Virus record (IMG/VR): IMGVR_UViG_3300042922_000636
Strand: one strand, 5' to 3'
Length of the DNA: 64,000 nucleotides
Origin: an uncultured virus (IMG/VR IMGVR_UViG_3300042922_000636)
Lineage: Duplodnaviria; Heunggongvirae; Uroviricota; Caudoviricetes
Each line of letters begins with the position of its first letter. The first letter of the stretch is position 1. Positions 26,320 to 36,863 of the stretch are shown one piece after another. The position numbers were made by a program, and so were the translations under genes. The notes under the pieces are model-generated. The model worked only from the letters and a program-made list of their open reading frames with translations, had not been told where the DNA came from and ran no database searches.

Positions 26320-28824
26320 GTGTCGATGCCTCAGGTCGGTGCCGGTGCGGTCGCCGTCGTCCCCACGTTCAAGGGCTTCCGCCGCGCCGTCGATTCTGAG
26401 GTCGACGGCGCGGCGAAGTCCGCTGACCGCGGGTTCCGTCGCGTCCTGTCCAAGACCGGCGACGACTCCGGCAAGGAAGCGGGACGGGGCTTTAAGCGCT
26501 CGTTCGAGTCCCAGTCGACCGGGTTCGCGAACAAGGGCGCGCGTGAGCTGGAGCAGGCCATCGCGAAGTCCGCGCGGGCGCTGTCCCAGTCTCGCCTGCA
26601 GGAGCAGGACGCCGCCGGCAAGGTGCGTCTCGCGGAAGTTCAGCTTGCCGAGGCGCGGAAGAAGTACGCCGCCGACTCGTCGCAGGTGGTGCGCGCTGAG
26701 GAGCGTCTCGCGACCGCGAACCGTCAGGTGCAGTCCGCGCAGGAGAAGACCAAGGCTTCCACCCAGGATCTCCGCGCAGCGCAGACCCGCCTGGCCGAGG
26801 CTGCAGACGACGCTGGCGACAAGTTCGTCTCTTCATGGCGTCGAGCCAACGATCGAGTCGGCGACGTGTTCAAGGGCTCGTTCCTCGGAACGGCCGCCGC
26901 GAACCTCGTCACGGGGCTCGGAGCCAACCTCGGGCGGGCCATAGGCGACGGCCTGCGGCAGGGTCTCGACTTCGCGCTCGGGACCATCGACATCGCGTCG
27001 GACCTGAACGAGTCCGTCAACGCCGTGCGCGTGTCATACGGCGACGTAGCGGATCAGGTGCTCCGGCTCGGCGACGACAGCGTGAACGCTTTCGGTCTGT
27101 CGAAGCGCAACCTGAACGGATTCGCCACGCAGTTCTCCGCCTTCGCGCGGACCATCCGCTCCGACAACCCTGCGGGGTTCCTCGAGGAGCTGATCACGCG
27201 CGGTGCAGACTTCGCGTCGGTCTACAACCTCGAAGTCGGCGACGCACTTTCCCTCTTCCAGTCCGGCATCGCGGGTGAGACGGAGCCGCTTCGCCGCTTC
27301 GGTATCGACCTGTCTGCGGCCGCCGTCGAGGCGTACGCCTACGCGTCCGGGATGGCGGAGACGGGCACCGAGCTCACCGAAGCGCAGAAGCAGCAAGCGC
27401 GCTACGCGTACCTCCTGGCGCAAACGGACGGTGTCGCTGGCGACTGGATCAACACGTTCGACTCGTTCGCGAACACCCAGAAGCGCAACGCGGAGACGTG
27501 GGACGACCTGCAGGCGAAGATCGGCGACGGGTTCCTCCCGATCGCCTCCGCGGTGGCTTCGATCCTCGCAGACGAAGTCTTCCCGGCCATTTCGGAACTC
27601 GTGGACAAGCACGGGCCCGAACTGACGGCGGTGTTTCAGGATGCGATCCCCGCGTTCTCGGAACTGGCTGAAGAGCTGCTGCCCAAGCTGCCCGGTCTGT
27701 TCGAGTCCGTAGCGGAGTCGCTGCCGGGCATCCTCGACTTCCTGACGACAGCCGTGCCTCCGTTCATCGACTTCATCGGGTCGCTGAGTAACGGTGCGCT
27801 GCAGATCAAGGAATTCATCGACGGAGCGGTAGCCAACTTCCAGAACGGTGCGGAGCAGTGGGGAGCGTTCCTCGAGCCATTCGCTGATCCCGAGGTGTGG
27901 TCGAACTGGGCAAACGGCGCGGACCAGATCAACGACTTCTTCACAGGGCTCGGCGAGAACCTGGAGAACGGGTCGGGTCAGCTCGACACGTTCTTCGAGG
28001 ACATGGGCATGAAGCTCGAGAACGGCGGCACCCAGTGGGGTGACTTCTTCGAGGGCTTCGGAGCGAACCTCTCGAATGGCGCCGACCAGTGGGCCGGATT
28101 CGGGCAGTGGGTCGCTGATGTCTGGAACGGACTCATCGCCAACTTCGCGAACGGCGGCTCGCAGATCGGGAGCTTCTTCGGCTTCTTCGGCGGCGCGCTC
28201 GCCAACGGGGCCAGCCAGATCAGCTCGTTCTTCGGGTTCGTCGGGGCCGCGTTCTCTAACGGTGCCGGCCAGATCGGGTCCTTCGCGGCCACGGTCGGGC
28301 AGAAGATCAACGAGGCCGTGGGTTTCGTCGGCAGCCTGCCGAGCCGAGCGACCGAGGCGCTGACGGGGCTGGGGACTCTGCTCCTCTCCTCTGGGCGTGC
28401 GCTGATTCAGGGCTTCATCGACGGCATCACCGACCGCATCGGCGACGTCGGGGACGCGGTCGGCAGTGTCGTGGACTGGGCGCGCGGGTTCTTCCCGAAC
28501 TCGCCCGCCAAGCGCGGCCCGCTCTCGGGTGCCGGCTGGACTTCCCTGAAGGAGTCCGGTGGCGCTGTGCTCGAGCAGTGGACGTCTGGCTTTGGGCGCC
28601 CGGATCTCACGGGAGTGCTCGCGCCGGCGTTCTCCCTCGTTGGTGCGCCGTCTGTGGCTACTTCCGCAGGCTCGCCCGGTGGGGGTGCGATGCCGACCAG
28701 CTTCGTGCTGGTTGACAAGGACGGCCAGTTCATCAGCCGGGTACGTGTCGAGGCGAGCCAGGTGGTGCGGGACTCGCAGCAGCAGACGGCTGTGAGCTTG
28801 TCGAACGGGGAGGCTTCGCGTTGA
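26320..28824 (+). CDS. Tape measure protein
   Basis: 834 aa, Ala-rich, ASDLNES and GETEPLRRFG motifs, repeated NG(A/G)xQ units. Confidence 0.93.
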   Translation: MSMPQVGAGAVAVVPTFKGFRRAVDSEVDGAAKSADRGFRRVLSKTGDDSGKEAGRGFKRSFESQSTGFANKGARELEQAIAKSARALSQSRLQEQDAAGKVRLAEVQLAEARKKYAADSSQVVRAEERLATANRQVQSAQEKTKASTQDLRAAQTRLAEAADDAGDKFVSSWRRANDRVGDVFKGSFLGTAAANLVTGLGANLGRAIGDGLRQGLDFALGTIDIASDLNESVNAVRVSYGDVADQVLRLGDDSVNAFGLSKRNLNGFATQFSAFARTIRSDNPAGFLEELITRGADFASVYNLEVGDALSLFQSGIAGETEPLRRFGIDLSAAAVEAYAYASGMAETGTELTEAQKQQARYAYLLAQTDGVAGDWINTFDSFANTQKRNAETWDDLQAKIGDGFLPIASAVASILADEVFPAISELVDKHGPELTAVFQDAIPAFSELAEELLPKLPGLFESVAESLPGILDFLTTAVPPFIDFIGSLSNGALQIKEFIDGAVANFQNGAEQWGAFLEPFADPEVWSNWANGADQINDFFTGLGENLENGSGQLDTFFEDMGMKLENGGTQWGDFFEGFGANLSNGADQWAGFGQWVADVWNGLIANFANGGSQIGSFFGFFGGALANGASQISSFFGFVGAAFSNGAGQIGSFAATVGQKINEAVGFVGSLPSRATEALTGLGTLLLSSGRALIQGFIDGITDRIGDVGDAVGSVVDWARGFFPNSPAKRGPLSGAGWTSLKESGGAVLEQWTSGFGRPDLTGVLAPAFSLVGAPSVATSAGSPGGGAMPTSFVLVDKDGQFISRVRVEASQVVRDSQQQTAVSLSNGEASR

Positions 28825-29777
28825 TCGTTTCCCTGACCCCGCTTCCGGACATGGCACCGGTGCCGCGTGTGAACGTGGCACTGCAGCCGCTTGAGGCGTA
28901 CGACGGCGGCTCGCCGGCGGCTGCGGGTGTGACGCCGTTGGACGGTGGATCGGCCGCGACGGCGGGTCCTGCGGCCGATGGTGGCAGTCCTGCAATGGTC
29001 GCGGTCGAGCTCCCGGCCGACGTCGACAGGGTCACTCTGTGGCGGACGACGAAGGGACGCCGGATCAAGGTCCGCGGTGTCGTGGACAGGGTGTACTCGG
29101 GGACGCTGAACGTCCTGGATCAGGAGCCGGGACGCGGTGTCGCGGACGCATACGACCTCGAGTGGTCGTCGGAGTCAGGGGCGATCGGGACCGTCTCGCT
29201 CGGTTCGGTGGTGATGCCGGCACCTGAGCGGATCATCGAGACGGTCATCCAGCAGCCGCTGAATCCGAACCTGGCGGTGGTGGTGGAGGAGCTGCAGGCC
29301 TCCGTCTCGGGGATCACCCGGGAGGCGCCGGGCGAGCTTGTATACACGGAGAGTTCCGGCTACCCGCGGTTGGTGGGGTTCGGTCCACGCCGTGGCATCA
29401 GCGACGTCACGGTCGAGTTCCTCGTGCGCACGCGTGCGGCCGCGGATGCGGTGTGGGCGATGCTCGGAGATGAAGCGAACCCGCAGTTGCCGGTGTGGTT
29501 GATCCGGTCTATGCATCCGCTTCTGCCTCCCGTGTTCTTCTGCGAGGTCCGCGGACTGCGCGAGTCGCCAGTGAACTTCTACGCCGGCGGCGAGTTCTCG
29601 CAGTTCACATGCACGGTCACGGAGATCGAGTCGCCCGCTCCGGGTCTGGTCGTTCCGTCGATCCGGTACTCGGATCTGTCGGCGGTGCTCGGCGGGACGT
29701 ACTCGGGGATCGCTTCGGCACTGCCGCGGTACTCCCAGTGGGGGTCCGCGTGGGAGTTCTCGGGAGCAGCCGGGTAA
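28821..29777 (+). CDS. Minor tail protein
   Basis: Synteny after TMP; short YDGGSP/DGGS repeats. Confidence 0.75.
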   Translation: MIVSLTPLPDMAPVPRVNVALQPLEAYDGGSPAAAGVTPLDGGSAATAGPAADGGSPAMVAVELPADVDRVTLWRTTKGRRIKVRGVVDRVYSGTLNVLDQEPGRGVADAYDLEWSSESGAIGTVSLGSVVMPAPERIIETVIQQPLNPNLAVVVEELQASVSGITREAPGELVYTESSGYPRLVGFGPRRGISDVTVEFLVRTRAAADAVWAMLGDEANPQLPVWLIRSMHPLLPPVFFCEVRGLRESPVNFYAGGEFSQFTCTVTEIESPAPGLVVPSIRYSDLSAVLGGTYSGIASALPRYSQWGSAWEFSGAAG

Positions 29778-29787
29778 GGGGGAGCGG

Positions 29788-30897
29788 ATGCGTACGGTCA
29801 ACCAGCGCACCGCCCGGACTATCGCTGACGGTGGCTTCAACACCGCATGGGTATTCGATCTCATGTACGACGGCGACCGCCGCCTGGCGAACGTGGGAAT
29901 CGAGAACGGGCCCTCGCTGGCCTGGGATGGGGGCCAGTTCGTAACCGCGTCCGGGAACGCTCGAGTGGTGTGGTCCGACGATCACGCGACGTCGCTGATC
30001 CCGCGGCAGGTGGGGGACTGGTTCTCGCCGTTTGGCGCGGAGATGCAGGTCGATTGCCTCATCGGTGGTGGCGTTTTCACGGAGCGGATCCCGATGAGCC
30101 GGCTCGTCGTGACGGACGTGCCGAACGCGACCGAGGCGCGGATGCTGTGGGAGGGTCGGCTGATCCACCCGGGCGAGGCGTTCACTGTAACGCTGAAGGA
30201 CCGCCTCGCGAAGATCCAGCGCGACGACTTCCCGTTCCCCACCGCACCGCAGTCGACGTCAGCGTGGGGTGAGATCCAGTCGATCACGGGCATGCCGGTG
30301 ATCCGGAACACCCCGGACGCCACGCTCCCCACAATCGCCTACGAGGGGTCGCGTGAGGATGCGCTGAAAGCGCTGTTCGACGTGCTGGATGCTTGGCCGC
30401 ACATGGAATCCTCGGGGGCGTTGACGAGCCGTCCGAAGACGTGGTCGGTGCCTGTCGGCGAGCTCGTGAACGTGACGGCCGCGCCGCCCTCGATGACTTC
30501 GGAGTACACGTACAACCGTGTCGTGGTCGTGGGGAAGAGCCCCGACGGTGACCCGCTGTACGGGGTCCGGTCGGTCAATGATGGCTTCCTGCGGGCGCAG
30601 AACCCTGACGGGACGCAGTCGCCATTCGGTGGCTCGACGTACCGGTACTCCGACAACCTCGGGGTGTTGGACACGCAGGCGAAGGTCGATGCGTACGCGA
30701 ACGAGCTGCTACCGCGCGTCGCCCGGATCCGTTCGGTGACCCGCGAGGTGTCGGAGATGTTCAACCCGCTCCGCGAGGTCGGGGACGTGCTCACGTTCCG
30801 CGATGGTCGCCGGTACGGGCCGGCACCGGTTCGGGTGCAGCGCGTGTCCCATGCCGGCGCGATCACCAATCTGACCGTTGAGGTCCCGGACGCGTAG
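29788..30897 (+). CDS. Minor tail protein (hub-like)
   Basis: YNRVVV.G...SPFG...NPLREVGDV. Confidence 0.8.
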   Translation: MRTVNQRTARTIADGGFNTAWVFDLMYDGDRRLANVGIENGPSLAWDGGQFVTASGNARVVWSDDHATSLIPRQVGDWFSPFGAEMQVDCLIGGGVFTERIPMSRLVVTDVPNATEARMLWEGRLIHPGEAFTVTLKDRLAKIQRDDFPFPTAPQSTSAWGEIQSITGMPVIRNTPDATLPTIAYEGSREDALKALFDVLDAWPHMESSGALTSRPKTWSVPVGELVNVTAAPPSMTSEYTYNRVVVVGKSPDGDPLYGVRSVNDGFLRAQNPDGTQSPFGGSTYRYSDNLGVLDTQAKVDAYANELLPRVARIRSVTREVSEMFNPLREVGDVLTFRDGRRYGPAPVRVQRVSHAGAITNLTVEVPDA

Positions 30898-30906
30898 GAG
30901 GCTGCG

Positions 30907-31800
30907 GTGCTCGATGACGCAGCGGTCCGCCGCCTACTGAACGGGAAGACTCGAGTAACGACCTACCCCGGCCGGTACGTCGGCAACGACGGCCCGCTGG
31001 CGCTCGTCGATCTCGGCGATCAGCGCATCCCGATTCCGTTTCTGTCGAGCCTCGTGCCCGAGGTGAACGAGCCCGTGCACGTCTGGTCCATCGACGGATC
31101 CCTGTTCATGATGGGGCCCGCCGCGCCGAAGCCCGGCATGGGCGTTGTGGCGACGGTCACCGGCGACTTCGCGAGCGTGGTCACCGACTTCGGGACGTTC
31201 GAGATGCCGTTCGGTGCCGCGGACCCGCCGACGTCAGGCGATGCGGTGGCGATCAACTGGTCGACGTCGCCGTCGTGCGTGAAGCTCTCGACATCACCGG
31301 ACCCTGTGCCGCCGCCTCCCGCGCCCGGCGGCGGAGGTGGCACGCAGGTGCGCACCGCCGAGTTCCGTGCGATCGACGCAGGTTCCACGGACCGCGGCGC
31401 TGCCCGATGGTGGACCGACCGCCCCTACGCGTCGAACACCACCTACGGTGCGTGGTTCTACGGGTCCCAGATCAAGGACACGATCTCCGCGTCTGCTGAG
31501 TATGTGCGGCTCGAGCTGTTCATCGCCTACCAGCAGCGGCAGGGTGGCGCTCCGCGCTTCACGCTTCATTCCGACCAGTTCAAGGGCGGGGTGCCGTCGA
31601 TGACGGGCTTCTGGGAGTGGGCGCCGGCCGCTGGCTATCAGGTCCCGGTGAATGACGCGACCGCGGCGGCATGGTTCAACGCGCTGAAGGCCGGCGGTGA
31701 CCGTTCCGGTGTGGGACTCAATCAGGGCGGCTTCAACATCTTCAAGTCCCTCGCGCAGGACGGCATGTCCGGTGCGCTCAAGATCACATGGAGGTCCTGA
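30907..31800 (+). CDS. Minor tail protein
   Basis: GAWFYG and C-terminal SGALKITW; synteny. Confidence 0.75.
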   Translation: MLDDAAVRRLLNGKTRVTTYPGRYVGNDGPLALVDLGDQRIPIPFLSSLVPEVNEPVHVWSIDGSLFMMGPAAPKPGMGVVATVTGDFASVVTDFGTFEMPFGAADPPTSGDAVAINWSTSPSCVKLSTSPDPVPPPPAPGGGGGTQVRTAEFRAIDAGSTDRGAARWWTDRPYASNTTYGAWFYGSQIKDTISASAEYVRLELFIAYQQRQGGAPRFTLHSDQFKGGVPSMTGFWEWAPAAGYQVPVNDATAAAWFNALKAGGDRSGVGLNQGGFNIFKSLAQDGMSGALKITWRS

Positions 31801-32447
31801 TGGGTCACACCATCCAGCCCGACGGCTCGCTGCTGTTCGACGACGACGCATCCAACCCGGTCGACGACTTCCAGGCCGGGCACGACTACGCGAAGCGGTT
31901 CGCGATGTTCCGCGACGGGACGTCGACGGAGCGCACGAACCTCCCGCCCGCGCAGCTGCGGGACGGCATGGAGTGGTACGAGACGGACACGAAGACGCGC
32001 TGGCAGCGCATCGACGGGACGTGGCGTCAGGTGCGGTCGACGACGACGCGGACGCGGACGACGGCTCAAAACATCAACAACGGGTCGGGCACGCTCGACT
32101 TCAATACGGCGACGCTCGTGCCGGACGTGCCCGACTTCAACTACTCGGCCGGTGTCTTCACGTGCCAGATTCCCGGAGTGTTTCTGGTGACGGGCCTGTT
32201 CAGCCTGCAGCTGGCGGGCGCATCCGTGGGGTACACGGCCCGGATCCAGAAGAACGGCACGAACGTGTCGGAGGGGGCGAACGTGACCTCGACGCTCGGG
32301 TCGACGTGTGTCCCGCTGCTCGCCTCCGTCGACCTGGAAGCGGGTGACACGGTGCGGGTGCTGTGGTTCGCGAACATCGCGCCGGCGGGTGTTGGGATGG
32401 ACGTGGGTCTCGGGAAGACGTACGTCACGCTCACGCGGGTCGGCTGA
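31800..32447 (+). CDS. Minor tail / receptor-binding protein
   Basis: GTSTER...GMEWYETDT N-terminus; C1q-like beta C-terminus (GVFTCQIPGVF, LEAGDTV). Confidence 0.7.
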   Translation: MGHTIQPDGSLLFDDDASNPVDDFQAGHDYAKRFAMFRDGTSTERTNLPPAQLRDGMEWYETDTKTRWQRIDGTWRQVRSTTTRTRTTAQNINNGSGTLDFNTATLVPDVPDFNYSAGVFTCQIPGVFLVTGLFSLQLAGASVGYTARIQKNGTNVSEGANVTSTLGSTCVPLLASVDLEAGDTVRVLWFANIAPAGVGMDVGLGKTYVTLTRVG

Positions 32448-33214
32448 TGGGCATCGGGTTCAAGGCGGGCGAGTACAACCGTGCCGCCGGCACTCGGGAC
32501 GCGTTCGGTGCGCTCTCCGATGACCTCGTTCGTGAGGGGCATCCGCCGATGGTGTCGATCTCCGGGGACCGTGAGATCGAGGGGCAGCTCGTCATTTGGT
32601 ACCAGCGCATGGTGCCGGTCGGGCAGGAGAACGGCCGGCGAGTCTACGCGCGCGTTAAGTGGAACGGCATCACGTGGTCGCGCATCCACCCCGACACCGT
32701 CGCGATCCCGGACGCTTCGAATCACGTGAAGCGCCGAGCGAACGACCTCGCATGGCCGTACAACTCGGTCACGACCGCGCACCTGCGGGCGCGTGAGCTC
32801 GCGAAGCGCCACAACATCACCTGTGAGGGCCTCGGGTTCCGGGAGCCCTGGCACTGGACGTACTGGGGACCGCTCGGTTCCGTGGGTGCCGCGGCGTCCG
32901 CCTCTGTATCTCGACCGGCCGCTGCGGCGGCCCCGACCCCCAAGGGGAGCAAGATGACCGCTTACGCACGCCGCGACACAGACGGAAAGGTAATGGCCTT
33001 CCCGGAGGGCGGCAAGGTGAAGCACTTCATCTCGCCCGAGGAATACAACCGGCACCGCAACAACATCGCCATCCTCAACGGCGTGAATGCCGCGATCGGG
33101 GCGCCGCTGCTGGCCCTGCCGCCGGCACTCGATGGTCCGATCACCACCCGCATCGTCACGATGAACCAGGCGAACATCAGCCTGCTGCAGGAGGCGCAGG
33201 GGGCGTTCAACTGA
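32447..33214 (+). CDS. Endolysin, M15-family peptidase
   Basis: SNHVKRRAND (SxH-x6-D) and EPWH zinc motifs. Confidence 0.85.
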   Translation: MGIGFKAGEYNRAAGTRDAFGALSDDLVREGHPPMVSISGDREIEGQLVIWYQRMVPVGQENGRRVYARVKWNGITWSRIHPDTVAIPDASNHVKRRANDLAWPYNSVTTAHLRARELAKRHNITCEGLGFREPWHWTYWGPLGSVGAAASASVSRPAAAAAPTPKGSKMTAYARRDTDGKVMAFPEGGKVKHFISPEEYNRHRNNIAILNGVNAAIGAPLLALPPALDGPITTRIVTMNQANISLLQEAQGAFN

Positions 33215-33702
33215 TGGACCGCTTCCCCGTCCCGCAGGAGAAGCGGCGGATCCTCGAGGCGATCATCCGGATCATCGACATCGTGGCGTACTTCATCATT
33301 TTCGTCGGCGGCTGCCTCGCGATGTTCTTCACACCCGACAGTGTCATCCGAGAACTCGGGTCCGTGGACTGGCTGATACCGATGTGGGCAACGTTCCTGC
33401 TCATCGGGGGCGGGCTGGGCATGGTCGGGCGGATTTCGCGGATCTGGATCCTCGAACCGCCGGCCGATGTCGCGGCTATCGCGGGGGCGGCAATCTACTT
33501 CGTCGTCCTCGGTAACACGATGTTCCAGTCCGTCACTGCAGGCGTGGCGACCACGCTCGTCTTCTACGCGATGATCCAGATGTTCCGCCGCTACATCGAG
33601 CTGCAGATCTTCGGCACCGACCCGAACGTGCATGGGTTCGTCGACCGCATGGCTGAGGCGTGGCGGAGGCGAACGGGGAACGTCGCTCCCGGAGAGGAGT
33701 AG
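33214..33702 (+). CDS. Multi-TM lysis-cassette membrane protein
   Basis: About four TM segments, after the endolysin. Confidence 0.75.
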   Translation: MDRFPVPQEKRRILEAIIRIIDIVAYFIIFVGGCLAMFFTPDSVIRELGSVDWLIPMWATFLLIGGGLGMVGRISRIWILEPPADVAAIAGAAIYFVVLGNTMFQSVTAGVATTLVFYAMIQMFRRYIELQIFGTDPNVHGFVDRMAEAWRRRTGNVAPGEE

Positions 33703-33704
33703 GC

Positions 33705-34013
33705 GTGGGGGAAGTCAACGTCGTCGCGATCCTCGTCGCTGTGCTGGGCGCTGGCGGTGCGGGCGCCTTCGCCCGCGAGGTCGTCGACATCGTCTCCAAG
33801 GTCCGTCGGGGCGTCTCCACTCGGGAGTCGAACCGGAAGAACGACATCATCGCGCAGCGCGACGCGGCCGTCCGCGCTGCGGAGGAGGAGCGCCGCCAGC
33901 GCATCGCGTGGCAGGAGTACTCCGGTGCTCTCCGTTACCAGCTTCGCGAGAACGGCCACAACCCGAACCCGCTCCCCGACGACGTCGAGGACACCTTGAA
34001 TCCCCGTTCCTGA
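33705..34013 (+). CDS. Single-TM coiled-coil lysis protein
   Basis: ILVAVLGAGG N-terminal TM plus coiled coil. Confidence 0.7.
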   Translation: MGEVNVVAILVAVLGAGGAGAFAREVVDIVSKVRRGVSTRESNRKNDIIAQRDAAVRAAEEERRQRIAWQEYSGALRYQLRENGHNPNPLPDDVEDTLNPRS

Positions 34014-34023
34014 GGAGGAACCC

Positions 34024-34473
34024 ATGCTCTCCAACGCCCGTTCCTGGCTCACCGATCAGCGTCGCAAAGCCCTGCATGCTGCGGTCGGTTCCCTCGCCGC
34101 CCTGCTCGTCGCCGCCGGCTACGTGAACGACGCCCAGCAGACCGCGCTCGTCGGTCTCGTCGGCTCCGGTCTCGTGCTGGTGCAGGCGCTCCTCGGGCTG
34201 TCGCTGCTGCGTCCATCGGAGGCGGCGGTGTGGTTCGACACGGTCGGCCGCGGGCTGGTCTACGGTCTCGCAGCCGCGGCTGGTGCGTTCGGTGTCGCGT
34301 TCTCCTGGTGGACGCCGGACGTGGTGACGTACTGGGCGGGCCTCATCTCCCTCGGTCTCACGGTGGTCTCGTCGTTCGTCGCTGTCGTCAACGTGCAGAC
34401 CGTCACCGATGCGCGTGGCGCCCCGACTGCACCCCGGATCACCGCCCTCGGCGCTCACAACATGGAGAGCTGA
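34024..34473 (+). CDS. Holin
   Basis: Four TM segments with an internal duplication; GAGGAGG RBS. Confidence 0.75.
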   Translation: MLSNARSWLTDQRRKALHAAVGSLAALLVAAGYVNDAQQTALVGLVGSGLVLVQALLGLSLLRPSEAAVWFDTVGRGLVYGLAAAAGAFGVAFSWWTPDVVTYWAGLISLGLTVVSSFVAVVNVQTVTDARGAPTAPRITALGAHNMES

Positions 34474-36410
34474 TGGCACTCGCACAGATCCTGTTCCGCC
34501 GCGGCACGGCCGCGGAGTGGACGGCGGCGAACCCGATCCTGGCCGCTGGTGAGCCGGGCCTCGACACGACTGCGAACCGGTGGAAGCTCGGCGACGGGTC
34601 GACCCCGTTCCTCGCGCTCCCGTGGGCTGTGCTGTCCGACACTGACGTCGCGAGGCTCGAGGCTGCGGCGGAGGCTCTCGTCGGTGCTGTGACGCCCACA
34701 GATGCTGTGATGGCAACGGTCGCGGCCAACCCGGATAGCCAGTTCGCGACCCAGCAAAGGACCGCCATTGCTGGCTTCGACGTCCCCGCCTACGCAGGCG
34801 CGCGATCGAACCGGTACGAGCCGACGCTTGGTCGCTACAACTTCAAGCAGTCCAACCTCCGTCGCTTCACGAACGCTCTTGCGGCGGCAGCCGCGGGCAC
34901 CGGGTTCGCACGCATCAACTGCATCGGCGACAGCATCACCCTCGGGTTCCCGGGCAACGGGTCCGGCACGTACGAGCAGGTGTCGTGGGTGCATGCACTC
35001 GCAGACAAGTTCGGCGAGCTCTACGGGCCCGCGGGAACCGGCGTGGTGTGGGCGAACGGTGGCGAGACCGATGCCCGCTGGGTAACCAGCGGAACGTGGG
35101 CCGCCGCCACCGCAGGGTACGGACCCTTCGGTGACCGCTTCCTCGTGGCATCCTCTGCGGGTGCGCAGAAGGAATTCACGCCGCGGCAGCAGGTTGACCG
35201 GTTCCGGGTGTACTTCTGGGGCTACGCGGGTTCCGGAAACCTCGCGCTCAGCGTCGACGGTGGCGCGGTCACGAACGTGGCGACGGCGTCCTCGCCGGGG
35301 GCGCTTCAGCACGCCGACATCAGCGCCGGATCGATGGGCATCCACACCCTGCGGCTCGTCGCCGCAGCAGGCGTGCTCATTGCGGGCGCGGAAGGTCTCG
35401 CCGGGCCCTCGGGTGTGCGCGTGTCCCGCATCGGCAAGGGCGGTGCCAAGGCGGGTGACTTCGTCAACCCGACCGGGACGACTGCGGCCGGCGTCGGCGA
35501 TTCGCTGCACTCCGCACTCGACATGATCCCTCCCGACCTCACCGTCATCGCGTTCGGTCACAACGAGTACATCCAGCACGAATCCGTCGCCACCTTCAAG
35601 ACCAACGTGCAGGCGATCATCACCCGCGCGAAGAGCTTCGGCGACGTGCTCCTGCTCACGCAGGTACCGAACGGCACGACGTCGTGGACACCAAGCCAGG
35701 ACGCGTACAACGACGCCGTCTACGACCTCGCGGACGAGAACGGTGTCGCCCTCCTCGATGTCGCCGACCTTTGGGGCCCGTACGCGGCGAACAACACATC
35801 TCTGATGTACGACGACCCCACCCACCCGAGCCCGGAAGGGTACAAGGCGATCGCATCCGCGATCTTCGACGCTCTGCCATCCGGATCAGGATCTGGACTC
35901 GGTACTCGCGTCGCTTCCCTCGAGGGGGACCGGCTGCTCACGTTCGGCTTCCCGCACACGATCGATCCCCGCACTGTCTCTGGCAATCGAGCGGTCGACG
36001 CGGCGAACAAGTGCGTGTTCGGTCGAGTGCGTGAGGGTGGAAAGGTCAGCAAGATCGGCCTGTTCGTAGGTGCGGCGTCAGGAGCGATCTCCGTCGCCGT
36101 CTACCGAAACACGGGCGTCGGACGAGGTGCAGCCCCAGGCGAGCGTGTCGCTACATCGGGCGCTGTGGCATGCCCGGCGGTCGGGTACGCCGAGGTGGCT
36201 CTTGACAGTGCGGTGTGGGTGCGGCCGGGAGACTGGATCGCGCTGTCCGTGGACAACGTGACCGCGACGTTCGCGAACGCGAGCAGCCTGGGCGGCTATG
36301 CGCTCCCTCTCGGGATCGGGACCGCGCAGGCGACCGCGCACCCCGCCCCGGCATCCGCGACTCCTTCTGGGGGGTACGGCGGAGTGCCGTGCCTCATCGG
36401 CGTCCCGTAA
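34473..36410 (+). CDS. SGNH/GDSL hydrolase with tail-protein-type N-terminal domain
   Basis: RRGTAAEWTAANPILAAGEPG..KLGDG N-terminus; GDS, GHNE and DPTHP SGNH blocks. Confidence 0.8.
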   Translation: MALAQILFRRGTAAEWTAANPILAAGEPGLDTTANRWKLGDGSTPFLALPWAVLSDTDVARLEAAAEALVGAVTPTDAVMATVAANPDSQFATQQRTAIAGFDVPAYAGARSNRYEPTLGRYNFKQSNLRRFTNALAAAAAGTGFARINCIGDSITLGFPGNGSGTYEQVSWVHALADKFGELYGPAGTGVVWANGGETDARWVTSGTWAAATAGYGPFGDRFLVASSAGAQKEFTPRQQVDRFRVYFWGYAGSGNLALSVDGGAVTNVATASSPGALQHADISAGSMGIHTLRLVAAAGVLIAGAEGLAGPSGVRVSRIGKGGAKAGDFVNPTGTTAAGVGDSLHSALDMIPPDLTVIAFGHNEYIQHESVATFKTNVQAIITRAKSFGDVLLLTQVPNGTTSWTPSQDAYNDAVYDLADENGVALLDVADLWGPYAANNTSLMYDDPTHPSPEGYKAIASAIFDALPSGSGSGLGTRVASLEGDRLLTFGFPHTIDPRTVSGNRAVDAANKCVFGRVREGGKVSKIGLFVGAASGAISVAVYRNTGVGRGAAPGERVATSGAVACPAVGYAEVALDSAVWVRPGDWIALSVDNVTATFANASSLGGYALPLGIGTAQATAHPAPASATPSGGYGGVPCLIGVP

Positions 36411-36419
36411 GGTGTCGAC

Positions 36420-36848
36420 ATGCGAAAACTCGGGGGTGCGGCGGTAGCCGGTGTCGTGATGCTGTTGCTCGCTGGATGCGGATCGCCGGCAACGTCGGCG
36501 CTCGCGGAAGCACCGGCCACTGCCTCCGCGACCCCATCCGCTACCCCGAGTGAAGCTGTCACCACTTCCGAGACGCCAGCAGCGTCGACGGAGCGGATGA
36601 CGTCGGGTAATCCTCTACCCGCGGTTCAGGAGCTGACGGGTTCGGAAGCGATCACGGCAGCTCTCGAAGACGCCCCAGGAGAATTTCGCATCTACACGAA
36701 CCTCACCGAGGACGAGGGTGACGAAGCGCTCAACATCTGCGAGTCGCTCATCGCAGGGGGCGCAGTGAACGTTAACGTCTACGACATTGACGACTCCACA
36801 TTCGTGATTGATGACGCTGGGGCATGTGCGCTGCTGGGTGCGTCCTGA
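36420..36848 (+). CDS. Lipoprotein (moron)
   Basis: Signal peptide with LLAGC lipobox; TAAGGT-N6-ATG leaderless promoter. Confidence 0.8.
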   Translation: MRKLGGAAVAGVVMLLLAGCGSPATSALAEAPATASATPSATPSEAVTTSETPAASTERMTSGNPLPAVQELTGSEAITAALEDAPGEFRIYTNLTEDEGDEALNICESLIAGGAVNVNVYDIDDSTFVIDDAGACALLGAS

Positions 36849-36863
36849 ACCAACGACGGCCGT

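Noticed and set aside
27790..28280. NG(A/G)xQ repeats as a separate repeat element
   Set aside because: Ordinary tape-measure periodicity.
27034..28995. Long antisense ORFs (also 13724..15253, 55555..57258, 58676..60379, 34455..35825)
   Set aside because: Shadow frames opposite well-supported genes, expected at this GC content; no motifs.
30907..36410. Diversity-generating retroelement or invertible tail-fibre cassette
   Set aside because: No reverse transcriptase, no TR/VR pair and no inverted duplicate tail segments seen.
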